Source of the DNA: Polaribacter sp.
GTDB lineage: Bacteria; Verrucomicrobiota; Verrucomicrobiia; Opitutales; Coraliomargaritaceae
Direction: 5' to 3'
Length of the DNA: 51,367 bases
NCBI GenBank assembly: GCA_964226535.1
Contig: CAXQRK010000125.1
Span: 1 to 51,367, forward strand
Shown: positions 30,280 through 38,831 of the stretch, one piece after another
How positions within the stretch are numbered: position 1 is the first letter of the stretch
Layout: each line of letters starts with the position of its first letter
Notes under the pieces: model-generated
Database searches by the model: none
Seen by the model: the letters and a program-made list of their open reading frames with translations, nothing else
What the model was told of the DNA's origin: nothing
Position numbers and translations under genes: made by a program

Positions 30280-33134
30280 GGTTGCGATGCGGTTGCTTGC
30301 TGGGCTGGCGGCCCAGAGCGGTTGTTGTGTGCCGGTACAATGACGTCCCATTCAGAGAGTTTTTGTTGGGCGGCCGAGTACGTATCAAAGTCCTGCAAAC
30401 GCTCGTCACTGAGCAGTTCACGCATCGTATTGCGTGCGGCGGTGTAGTCACCAATGGCTTCAAATAGAAGTGCGCTCTCCCAGTAGGCCTCGACCAAAAT
30501 CTCCGGGTAGGCGCGATAGAGTGTGTAGATGCGCTGCCAGTAGGGAATGGCACGTTTGGGATTTTTCTGTGCGGCCTCCATCCGGGCGAGCCCGGCCAAT
30601 GCCCGGGCGTGCGGACGTCCACGCATCTGTTTGATGCGCAGTACTTCATTGAGCACTTGCTCGGCTGCCTCGTAGAGGCCTTGCCGGGTTAGAATGTCGG
30701 CACTGAGCAAGCGTACATCGGCAGCGAGCGTATGAGTGGGCGTTTCTTCAAGAAAGCGCAGTAGCCAGCGACGGGCAGCCTGCAGATGTCCAGCGTTGGC
30801 GGCGAGTTGCGCTTTGCCGAAGTAGGCGGTGCCGCGTTCAAAATGCTGCGGATAGTCGATGAGGATCTGTTCCCAATAATCATCGGCGGACTGGTAGCCG
30901 CGCTTGACAAGTGCGAGTCCAACACCGGCGAGCGTTTCGACATCTTGCTGTTCGAGTGGTACAAAGCGATGAATGGAGAGTAAGATGGCTTCGGCTCGTT
31001 CGTCACCAAGTGTACCGCGCAGGCGTTTTGAGTGGAACAGGGTGAGCCGCGCAAACCAGGTCAGATGCCCGTCCGCCAGGCTTTGGTCCGTGGCATTTTG
31101 CAGCCATGTTGCAACCGTCGACAGGGTGGGATCAGTCATGCGCTGGCGTTTGTATAAGTTGGCATAGGCGGAGAGGATGGAGCCGACCGCACGTGCCTGG
31201 CGATCGTTGCCAAAGCGTATCAGTGCTTGTTCAAACAGTGGGAAGGCCTCTGCTCCCCGGCCCTCCTGCTGCAGCGACCATCCAATCCAGTAGAGCGCTT
31301 CGCTGACGCGTGGACGTTCAGGGGCATCATCGCGATCAATGTAGGCCTGCAAGTGCTGGCGCAACAACTCGTAACGTTCCAGTGCGGTATAGATTTTGAC
31401 CGTCTGGAAGATGGCGTAGTCGTACAGTGCGGTGTCGTCGGGCGGCACTTGCTTAAAGGCTTGAACCGCTTTGAGTAGTTCGCCGAGGCCCATCTGACTG
31501 TCGCCGCGCAGGGCTTGAGTGGCTGCCATACGGTAGTGGTCTGGAAATTGTTGAATCAGTGCATCGGCGGCCTTGAGTGCCTCGTCGTAAGTACGTTGTG
31601 CATAGTAAACCGTGGCTATTCGGTACTGGATCTCGGGATATAGCGGGTGTTTGCGGCTGTTTTGTTGCAATGCCTTGAGCGCGCTCAAACTGGCTGCGTA
31701 ATCGCGCTCGAAAAAGAAGGTCAGGGCATGCCACAGTTTGATTTGTGTGACCAGACTGCTATCGGGAAAGCGTTGCAGGGCGGTATCAAAATCTACACGA
31801 GCCTGGCGGTACTGTTCCAGCACGCTGAAGTTGTAGCCACGCGTAAAATACCAGCGGGCTGCTTGCGCGTCATTGGGGAACTGGGCAATCAACTCATCCA
31901 GTATTTGGATTGCGTCGAGGAAGCTACCTTCGCCTTGATATGCATGTGCGATCAAGAAGTATGCATGGTTAGCGAGCGGATGCTTCGAGTGCTGGTTGAG
32001 AAACAATTCAGCGGTGGCACGGGCAGTCTGCCAGTCTTTCGCCTCACATAAGGCCACCATCCATCGATAATGAGATTCGGCACGGATATCAGCGGCAAAT
32101 TCTGCTGTTTGAGCCACCGTGCGCAATAGAATCGTAGCCTCCCGAAACCGTTGGCCGAGTAGATAGGCCTGCCCGGTACGCAGATACAGACTCGGTGTGT
32201 AGTCGTCCATGGTTTCGAGCCACTTTAGTTGACTGCTCAGGCGTGCGACCAGTTGCTGAAAATGACTGTGCCAGATGCTGGATGCAAAGCGCGAATATTG
32301 GGCGAGTACATGCTGAACGGCATACAGTCGTTCCCGTTGTTTCTCGATCAGGATTTTGCGCGGCAGAGTTAGACGATACGCGCGCACGGCATTCGTATAA
32401 TCACCGTCGTTGAGCAGTCGGTCACCGGCCTCCAGGGCAGCAAAACTGAGCACGGCAATATCCGGCATCGCGGTGACTTGCCAATCCGTGTCGAACAAAA
32501 TCTCGCGGATACGCCTGGTCGATCCGGTGTTACTTGCGATTTGAAGTGCCTGTAGACGTGCCTGCATGCGCAGGGGTTCAGGAGCATCAGACCGATAAAA
32601 GGTATCCAGCAAAGTGCTTGCCTGCTCAACCTCGCCGAGTTCAAAGCGCAATTTAGCCTCCTGAAGAAGCGCGAGCGCAGCCTCATTGGAGCCCGGGAAC
32701 GTTAGTTGGAAAGTCTGGAAGGTGTGGGCCGCTGCTGCCAGTGCCCCTGTTTGCAACTGCGCGATCGCCGCATTGTAGAGCACAAAGGCCCGCAAGCCAG
32801 GCGGTGGAGGGTATTGGCTGAGTAACTCTGCAAAATAAATCAGCGCATCCGTCGGACGATCCGCCATCAGAGCCGCATAGCTACGGACTGGGAGAATTAC
32901 TTGCTGGAAAGGGCCTGCTAAAAATTCCGGTGCACTGCCATAATCTAATTCCATGCATTCAAATTGCCAATAGCTGGCAGTGTAATCACCCTCGCCAAAG
33001 GCTACAATCGCTTGTTCTAGCCGTTCTTGCAAGGTTGCACCAGATGCCCACCAAGGCAACAATAGGACCAGGGACGCAGTCGCGATGCGTTGAACTACGC
33101 AGATATGAATGACTGTCAATAGCCGCTGCCTCAT
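30276..33134 (-). CDS. Large exported tetratricopeptide repeat protein (BamD/YbgF-like repeats)
   Basis: Signal peptide and many TPRs ending in FP.S/YP motifs; ALYWIGW and YWQRIYTLYRAYP. Confidence 0.85.
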   Translation of the reverse strand: MRQRLLTVIHICVVQRIATASLVLLLPWWASGATLQERLEQAIVAFGEGDYTASYWQFECMELDYGSAPEFLAGPFQQVILPVRSYAALMADRPTDALIYFAELLSQYPPPPGLRAFVLYNAAIAQLQTGALAAAAHTFQTFQLTFPGSNEAALALLQEAKLRFELGEVEQASTLLDTFYRSDAPEPLRMQARLQALQIASNTGSTRRIREILFDTDWQVTAMPDIAVLSFAALEAGDRLLNDGDYTNAVRAYRLTLPRKILIEKQRERLYAVQHVLAQYSRFASSIWHSHFQQLVARLSSQLKWLETMDDYTPSLYLRTGQAYLLGQRFREATILLRTVAQTAEFAADIRAESHYRWMVALCEAKDWQTARATAELFLNQHSKHPLANHAYFLIAHAYQGEGSFLDAIQILDELIAQFPNDAQAARWYFTRGYNFSVLEQYRQARVDFDTALQRFPDSSLVTQIKLWHALTFFFERDYAASLSALKALQQNSRKHPLYPEIQYRIATVYYAQRTYDEALKAADALIQQFPDHYRMAATQALRGDSQMGLGELLKAVQAFKQVPPDDTALYDYAIFQTVKIYTALERYELLRQHLQAYIDRDDAPERPRVSEALYWIGWSLQQEGRGAEAFPLFEQALIRFGNDRQARAVGSILSAYANLYKRQRMTDPTLSTVATWLQNATDQSLADGHLTWFARLTLFHSKRLRGTLGDERAEAILLSIHRFVPLEQQDVETLAGVGLALVKRGYQSADDYWEQILIDYPQHFERGTAYFGKAQLAANAGHLQAARRWLLRFLEETPTHTLAADVRLLSADILTRQGLYEAAEQVLNEVLRIKQMRGRPHARALAGLARMEAAQKNPKRAIPYWQRIYTLYRAYPEILVEAYWESALLFEAIGDYTAARNTMRELLSDERLQDFDTYSAAQQKLSEWDVIVPAHNNRSGPPAQQATASQP

Positions 33135-33255
33135 GCCTCAGACTGTATATTGCCGACGCTTCCCTGCACGCGCGAACACAAATTTCCAAAAAATCCGCTG
33201 AAACAAGATTGACAGATGGAAAAATATGCATGGGTTCTACGGTCTATTGTGGGAA

Positions 33256-33330
<75 letters not shown>

Positions 33331-33333
<3 letters not shown>

Positions 33334-33385
33334 CCTAAACAAAAGCTACGAACTTCGATGAGGTTCGTAGCTTTTGTTTAGGTGG
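33331..33385. terminator. 26-bp hairpin after tRNA-Pro, likely bidirectional terminator
   Basis: CCACCTAAACAAAAGCTACGAACTTC-gat-GAGGTTCGTAGCTTTTGTTTAGGTGG, with a single G.U pair. Confidence 0.75.
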
Positions 33386-33520
33386 GCATCACGGCGAGGG
33401 TAAGGCGCAGTAAATCAACTGCTTGCATGCGTTTTGCTAGCTTGATTCTTAGTGGCTTCATCGACGACTTTCTCGTCCTGCTCCTTCTCATGCGAGGAGC
33501 CGTAAATCATTTAAATGATT

Positions 33521-33640
33521 TCACAGAAGATCTGCCTGTAACCTGCGGATAACTTCGGCCAATTTCCCAAGGGTTTTCCCAGAGGAGAGCAGTTTTTTGA
33601 AGTCTTTCTTAATACGGCTTTTGCGAACCAGTTCAAGCAT
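33521..33640 (-). pseudogene. Truncated YafQ/RelE-family toxin (39 aa)
   Basis: Hand translation MLELVRKSRIKKDFKKLLSSGKTLGKLAEVIRRLQADLL-stop resembles the YafQ N-terminus; the catalytic C-half is absent; TGATG overlap with the antitoxin. Confidence 0.7.
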
Positions 33641-33819
33641 CAGCTATTCAACGCTTCAAAAAGCGATTCAACGCTGCTAAAACGTGGAAGATCCTCTATC
33701 GGTTCTGCCATCGCTTCGAGGGTCTCTGCATTCGGCAGATGACGCATAAAATCGATCACTTTACCTCTTTCACTTTCAGGCAAGCGCGTGATTTCTTCGA
33801 TGATTTCTGCTGCATTCAT
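33640..33819 (-). CDS. Type II antitoxin (59 aa, DinJ/RelB-like C-terminus)
   Basis: Hand translation MNAAEIIEEITRLPESERGKVIDFMRHLPNAETLEAMAEPIEDLPRFSSVESLFEALNS; PNAETLEAM..F.SVE.LF is DinJ-like. Confidence 0.75.
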   Translation of the reverse strand: MNAAEIIEEITRLPESERGKVIDFMRHLPNAETLEAMAEPIEDLPRFSSVESLFEALNS

Positions 33820-33824
33820 GTTTA

Positions 33825-34010
33825 TTAGCTTCGTTCAGGTTTGTGGGTTTTGCAAGCCAGAAGATTGGATGACGGGTGAGTCCTGGCATGGACTTCGCGC
33901 AGGGCATTAATTGCGACTGCAGTGTAAATCTGCGTCAAAAGATCGAGAACACAGTGGTTTATTTTTATGGGCCCCTGCCAGTGTTTTCGCACGCACTGGA
34001 GGATAGCCAT
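33825..34010 (-). pseudogene. Decayed ISAs1-family transposase C-terminal fragment
   Basis: VRKHWQG..NHCVLD, then FDAD..SRN after a frameshift, resembling the ISAs1 HW.IEN.LHW.LD..F.ED motif. Confidence 0.45.
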
Positions 34011-34082
34011 CTTTCTGATGACTGACCGATAAAATCTATATCAGCATCTTATGGGTTTTGTAGGGTGCGCGTTCCCTCGGTT

Positions 34083-34125
34083 GTTCGGGACCTAGGAGTC
34101 GTGTTTGAGTCCTCAGCTTCGACCA
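34083..34125 (+). repeat. Degenerate copy of the tRNA-Pro 3' half (att-like scar)
   Basis: GTTCGGGACC..GTCG..GTTTGAGTCCT..CGACCA aligns by eye with tRNA-Pro 33288-33333 at roughly two-thirds identity. Confidence 0.45.
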
Positions 34126-34228
34126 TCCAATTCGATTTTGATAACTGCTCTCAAAGTAAGATTTGAGTTGACCGTAATGTAGCAGAGTCTTTCATCTACG
34201 TGTAAAATAACCGGAACAACTAGACGAT

Positions 34229-35686
34229 ATGCCCTGTGTTTGCCTCTCATCCCTTAATTCCTTATTGAATGGTCTTGGTGGGCTTGGTTCATTGTCGCCG
34301 GGGATGTCGTTAAGTGCTGCGGCCAGCTTGGGCGCTTCGGCCTCTGCTGCTTTAAGCGCTTCGGCCAGCTTGTCTGCAAGCGCATCACTGAGCGCTTCGC
34401 TAGCCGCTTCACTCGGACTTTCCGTAAATGCTTCATTGTTAGGCAATCTATCTGCAATCGGAAATTTGTGTGCACTGGCCAAGTCCTTGCTGGGGATTGA
34501 TCTAACCAGCCCGGGAGCTGGATTTTCAATTGATCAACTTGGAGCTTCGATTTTGAATGCAGCATTTGCTGATAAACTACTCGAGCTTCCGCTCGGTGCC
34601 GCACCAAACCTCTCCGCAATTGCATCCCTTGCTGCGGTTGCATCGCTTGGAATTAACCCAATGCTGCCGAATGCTGCGGCACAATTAAGCGCTGCGGCAA
34701 CTGCTGCCGCACAGTTGAACGCTGATGCAAATGCTGCGGTAAATGCCAGCATGGCTGCGCAAGTGGCGGCAATGGCGAGTGCACAAGCAGCTTGCAGCAC
34801 AGGACTTGGATTAAATCTTCCAGCAGTTGGAGTAGGTGGACTCGGTTCTTTATCGTCGATGTTATCAACTATTATGGCAAATTTGGACGCGCTTGCCGCC
34901 GCGCTGTTGTCACTGCCCCTGGATCTACTCAGCATGGCATTGGATCTGTTCGAGCCCTTGGCGCTTGCCAGTCCTTTACTGGGGACGAATCTTACATCGC
35001 CTGATTTTAATCTCGGTGATAGCTTAAGTAAAGCGGCAGATAAGTCCAAGGCCTGGTCTCCATCGAAATCCCTGCCATACGCTAAAGACCTTAGCAAACA
35101 GAAAGATCTCTTTGAATCAAAGGATTTTATCTCAGCAGTGAGCGGAGTCGGGCCAATCCCTTCGATTGTCGACGTACTACTCGCACTACTCGGAGCAATA
35201 TTCAATGGCTTAGGTATTTCAGTCGTACAAACGACTCCCTGTGGGCCATGCATCTTCACTCTGCCGACCGGTTGCCTCTGCCCCGGATTAACCGGAATGG
35301 GCAGTTCCAATACCTTAATAATTGGAAGCTTAATTGATGCGGTTGCCGATATGAACGGTAAACAAGCCCAAGCAGATGAGGAAGATGCCAATGAAAAAAG
35401 TCCTTCCAACCATGAAGAGAGCCCTAATGCAAATGCTACAGAGTCAAATGAGTCCTCTCTGGAGGAGACTGGCATCGATGAAACTTCAGACGAATCCTCT
35501 TCGGCGCCAGAACAGACAGCAGAATTAAGTGATGACCGGTCATCCGACCCTCCTCCTATAGAAAATAGTCAAGCAGGTGCATGGTTTGATCAAGCAAAGC
35601 GCGATCCCTTGAAGTCTGAATCCAATCCTTCAGACTCAACGTCACCGCAACAACCACTGCAATCTCATGAGGAGGGTCCCGAATAA
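34229..35686 (+). CDS. Hypothetical Ala/Ser/Leu-rich repeat protein A
   Basis: 485-aa ORF with MPCVC start, four LG[ILT][DN] repeats, PCGPC...CLC and an acidic tail. Confidence 0.8.
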   Translation: MPCVCLSSLNSLLNGLGGLGSLSPGMSLSAAASLGASASAALSASASLSASASLSASLAASLGLSVNASLLGNLSAIGNLCALAKSLLGIDLTSPGAGFSIDQLGASILNAAFADKLLELPLGAAPNLSAIASLAAVASLGINPMLPNAAAQLSAAATAAAQLNADANAAVNASMAAQVAAMASAQAACSTGLGLNLPAVGVGGLGSLSSMLSTIMANLDALAAALLSLPLDLLSMALDLFEPLALASPLLGTNLTSPDFNLGDSLSKAADKSKAWSPSKSLPYAKDLSKQKDLFESKDFISAVSGVGPIPSIVDVLLALLGAIFNGLGISVVQTTPCGPCIFTLPTGCLCPGLTGMGSSNTLIIGSLIDAVADMNGKQAQADEEDANEKSPSNHEESPNANATESNESSLEETGIDETSDESSSAPEQTAELSDDRSSDPPPIENSQAGAWFDQAKRDPLKSESNPSDSTSPQQPLQSHEEGPE

Positions 35687-37812
35687 TGTATTGTATCTGT
35701 AAAGAGAAAGTGGCGGAACTCATAGCTGCCATGCAGGAGCTCATCGCAAATATGACCGCCCTACCCCCCGGATTGCCGTATTTACCGCGACTACAGGCCT
35801 TGGCCTTAAAACCACCGACAGTAAATCCAAATCTCAATGCGCCGATAACACCGGCTGCGATATCCTTACCGGTGCCGCCGTTGAATTTAACTGCAAGTGA
35901 AGCGGCAACGATGGCCGCTGCCGCTCAATTGTCGGAAGCCGCAAACTTGCAAGCAACCGTACAGGCGCAACTGGGGATTAACCTGACCTCGCCAACGGCA
36001 AGCTGTATGTTAGGTGGTTTGGTTGAAGCGGCACAACTAAGTGGACTGCTTGGTATTCTTGAAGCGCTGGCCAATTTCAAAGGGCTTGATCCGCTAGCGC
36101 TTGCAGCTACCGCAGCGCAATCAGTTGCAGAAGCAACCGGAATGGACTTGGTTGCAGAAGCCATGATGGAAGAAGCAAAAGAGGAAGAAGCAAAAGAGGA
36201 AGAAGCAAAAGAGATTGCTGCCGACGGCGTCGAAGAATTAGGTCAAGACATTGCCGACGGCACCCAAAAAGTTGCCGATGCGACCGGCATTACTGCGGCG
36301 GTAGAAAACATTAAAGATGCAAAAGAATGGTCCGAAAAAGCGGCTGCAGATGCGCTCAAAGCAACCAACTCAGCTATCAATGCCTTTAATGAAGGAGGAT
36401 TGATCGTTCAGAAGGCCGTCGCAAACACGGTTAATGTAGCAAATGACAAGGTTCGAGGCACGGTGGATGATTTAATTAGCACAGTAAAAGAAGAGACAAA
36501 AAATGCACTTGCCAGTGCGGCTAAAGCGTCTGCGGCCGCCGCGGCCGCCAAAGCGGCGGCGGCAGTCGATGCAATCGATACAGCAAAAGAGGCAGCGGAG
36601 ACGGCTGCAACTGAAGCGGCCAATGCAGCTCAAGCAGCCCAAGCAGTTGCACATGCGGGCAACTGCTTAAAAGCGATCAAAAATCAGATTGATGAAGCGA
36701 TTGCAGAGGTACAAAGTACGAATGAAGATAACGTTGATCCGGAAGCGGCTAAAGCAGCAGCGCAACAAGCAGTTGGAGATGCGGTCAAGGCCGCAAACGA
36801 TGCGGCGGCCGCCGCCTTTCCAGGAGGATCCCTATCGTCACCATCAGGGCTTGCCTCGATCGCCGAAGGACTTGCAGGAATGGCCGCCAATGCGGCGGCA
36901 ATCACTGCAATAAGTGCAACGGTATCCTCAGAGATGCTGATCAAAGCCATGGCCAATTTACATATGCTTCTGCTGATTCAAGAAGTATTTGGGACCAATT
37001 TATTTTCTGGAGGGGGTGGTCAATCACTCGCTAGCCTACTAAATCAACTCGGTTCATTGCTGCCCAGCGCCAGCGCAGCTGCGTCAGCCGGTGCGGGTGC
37101 GGGCGCCGGTGCGGGCGCCGGTGCCGGTGCGGGTGCGGGTGCCGGCGCGGGTGCCGGCGCGGGTGCGGGTGCCAGTCTTGGCGCTAGCGCCGGCCTTGGT
37201 GCCTCCGCTAGTGCAGCCCCGAGTGCTTCATTAGCAGCAAATACCAATGGACTGAACAGTCTATTGAACGGACTTAACGGAGTTCCATCATCACCGTTGG
37301 CATTGATGCTGCTGACAGCCATTATTGCCCAACTTGCAGCGCTTGGTTATAATGTTATTGCATTGTCTCCATGTCCTTCAGCACTTAAAACGATTAAAGC
37401 CAATAAGGAGAAAAAAAAGACTGGCTTTGGACTTAATTTAACCGGCAACACGGCTGCCTCTGGTAATGCCAATGTATCCAGTACTGCCAGTGCTTCTGCT
37501 AACGCCAATGCCCTAGGCGAGAGCGCCTCTGCCAATGCCAATGCATCCGGCAGCACTGATGCGTCTGCGAATGCCAATGCATCTGGCAATGCAGGTGTCG
37601 ATACACTTGGCGATACACATGCATCTGGTGATAACACTAGTTCCAGTAGTCGTGATACATCCAGTGATACGAGTACGTCCAGCAATACTACATCTGACAG
37701 TGATCCATCTATTGCATCCGCTTCCTCAGAAAGCGAAGACCGCCCGAATTCTGGTGACGAGGTGTGGCATCATCATGCAAAACGTAGGCAGTCAACGCCC
37801 AAAGATGTTTAG
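35686..37812 (+). CDS. Hypothetical Ala-rich repeat protein B (paralog of A)
   Basis: 708-aa ORF with TAATG coupling to A, MYCIC start, LGINLTSP and FGTNLFS motifs, (GA)14 and a Ser-rich tail. Confidence 0.8.
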   Translation: MYCICKEKVAELIAAMQELIANMTALPPGLPYLPRLQALALKPPTVNPNLNAPITPAAISLPVPPLNLTASEAATMAAAAQLSEAANLQATVQAQLGINLTSPTASCMLGGLVEAAQLSGLLGILEALANFKGLDPLALAATAAQSVAEATGMDLVAEAMMEEAKEEEAKEEEAKEIAADGVEELGQDIADGTQKVADATGITAAVENIKDAKEWSEKAAADALKATNSAINAFNEGGLIVQKAVANTVNVANDKVRGTVDDLISTVKEETKNALASAAKASAAAAAAKAAAAVDAIDTAKEAAETAATEAANAAQAAQAVAHAGNCLKAIKNQIDEAIAEVQSTNEDNVDPEAAKAAAQQAVGDAVKAANDAAAAAFPGGSLSSPSGLASIAEGLAGMAANAAAITAISATVSSEMLIKAMANLHMLLLIQEVFGTNLFSGGGGQSLASLLNQLGSLLPSASAAASAGAGAGAGAGAGAGAGAGAGAGAGAGAGASLGASAGLGASASAAPSASLAANTNGLNSLLNGLNGVPSSPLALMLLTAIIAQLAALGYNVIALSPCPSALKTIKANKEKKKTGFGLNLTGNTAASGNANVSSTASASANANALGESASANANASGSTDASANANASGNAGVDTLGDTHASGDNTSSSSRDTSSDTSTSSNTTSDSDPSIASASSESEDRPNSGDEVWHHHAKRRQSTPKDV
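36169..36213 (+). repeat. 15-bp tandem repeat x3 (EEAKE)
   Basis: GAAGAAGCAAAAGAG in three exact copies. Confidence 0.95.
37090..37173 (+). repeat. (Gly-Ala)14 coding hexamer repeat
   Basis: GGYGCS x14 with synonymous variation. Confidence 0.95.
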
Positions 37813-37852
37813 CGTATTTAAAATGACACCTTGCTAAAGCCGGTTTAAGCCT

Positions 37853-38719
37853 TCAACAAGCGCGATTCGCTGTCGAATATCCATACAGTTCAATCTTGAA
37901 TGAATGGGCTTGTTCAAGAATTTGCGCTTTATCGAGTATCAGCACATTGCCGCTTTCCAATGCGGCGGTGCGTATCCCGGCAGCATCCATCACATCCAGT
38001 GTGCGTGCTCCAAACACGGGCACATCAAATCGATAGTCCTGCACGCGTTTCACGGTCTTGACAAAAATAAGATCACTGGTCTTGAAGCTGCCTGCTCGGC
38101 GCAGCATCGGGTCAGTCCCTTCGTACGCTTCCACCGCGAGCACCGTACCACGGCGCACGACAACGCCTTGACCGACATCAAGATCCGCCATGCCTTTGGC
38201 AATTCGAATGCCGTGTCTAATATCAGCAAGTGTGGCCTTTAATTTTCCGCCCGTCATCAAGCCTTCATGGGCGAGTTGATCATCCAGAAACGATCGGGCA
38301 TCCAGCATGGAGATCCCAAGCGCTTCAATCTCGCGGCAAATTGCACCGAAAATGGTCTCCGCATTCTTGATCGATAGACGATTTAAAATTTTCAGTGCTT
38401 TTAAGTCCGGGTGCAGCCCATGAAACAAACGCCGTGGTGTAATCTGTCCAGCCATCAGTGCATATTTGCAACCAAGTTTTTGCAGGGACTTGAGTAATTT
38501 ACCGAGCTGACCGACTTTGATCTGGACATGCTCAGTTGTCGGCATCGAATCGATCAGCGATTGTTCAGTTTCGCCGGCAAAGGAAATCAGTCGTAGGGGC
38601 AAGCCTTGTGTACGGATGCGTTCGGCGCTTAGGATTGGGTATCGTCCTTTGCCGGCGATTAATCCGATCGGCTGTGGATCAAATGCGTCTGGAAGAAAGG
38701 TTGAACCGGGTGCATGCAT
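37853..38719 (-). CDS. lpxI: UDP-2,3-diacylglucosamine diphosphatase LpxI
   Basis: IGLIAGKGRYP, LDVGQGVVV, AVEAYEGTD and QDYRFDVPVFG motifs. Confidence 0.92.
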   Translation of the reverse strand: MHAPGSTFLPDAFDPQPIGLIAGKGRYPILSAERIRTQGLPLRLISFAGETEQSLIDSMPTTEHVQIKVGQLGKLLKSLQKLGCKYALMAGQITPRRLFHGLHPDLKALKILNRLSIKNAETIFGAICREIEALGISMLDARSFLDDQLAHEGLMTGGKLKATLADIRHGIRIAKGMADLDVGQGVVVRRGTVLAVEAYEGTDPMLRRAGSFKTSDLIFVKTVKRVQDYRFDVPVFGARTLDVMDAAGIRTAALESGNVLILDKAQILEQAHSFKIELYGYSTANRAC

Positions 38720-38831
38720 CGTGAGTCTGCCGATTAGTTGAACGCGCACAGCCGTTGCAGTGATCGATTAAAATAAATAGCAGATGTGATCATGCAGCAA
38801 AGCTTTTTCAAGGACAGAATCTCTACCGACA

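Noticed and set aside
34534-35475. 313-aa antisense ORF (and the PAPAPA ORF at 37044-37322)
   Set aside because: Shadows of the Ala/Ser-rich plus-strand genes, whose codon bias suppresses antisense stops.
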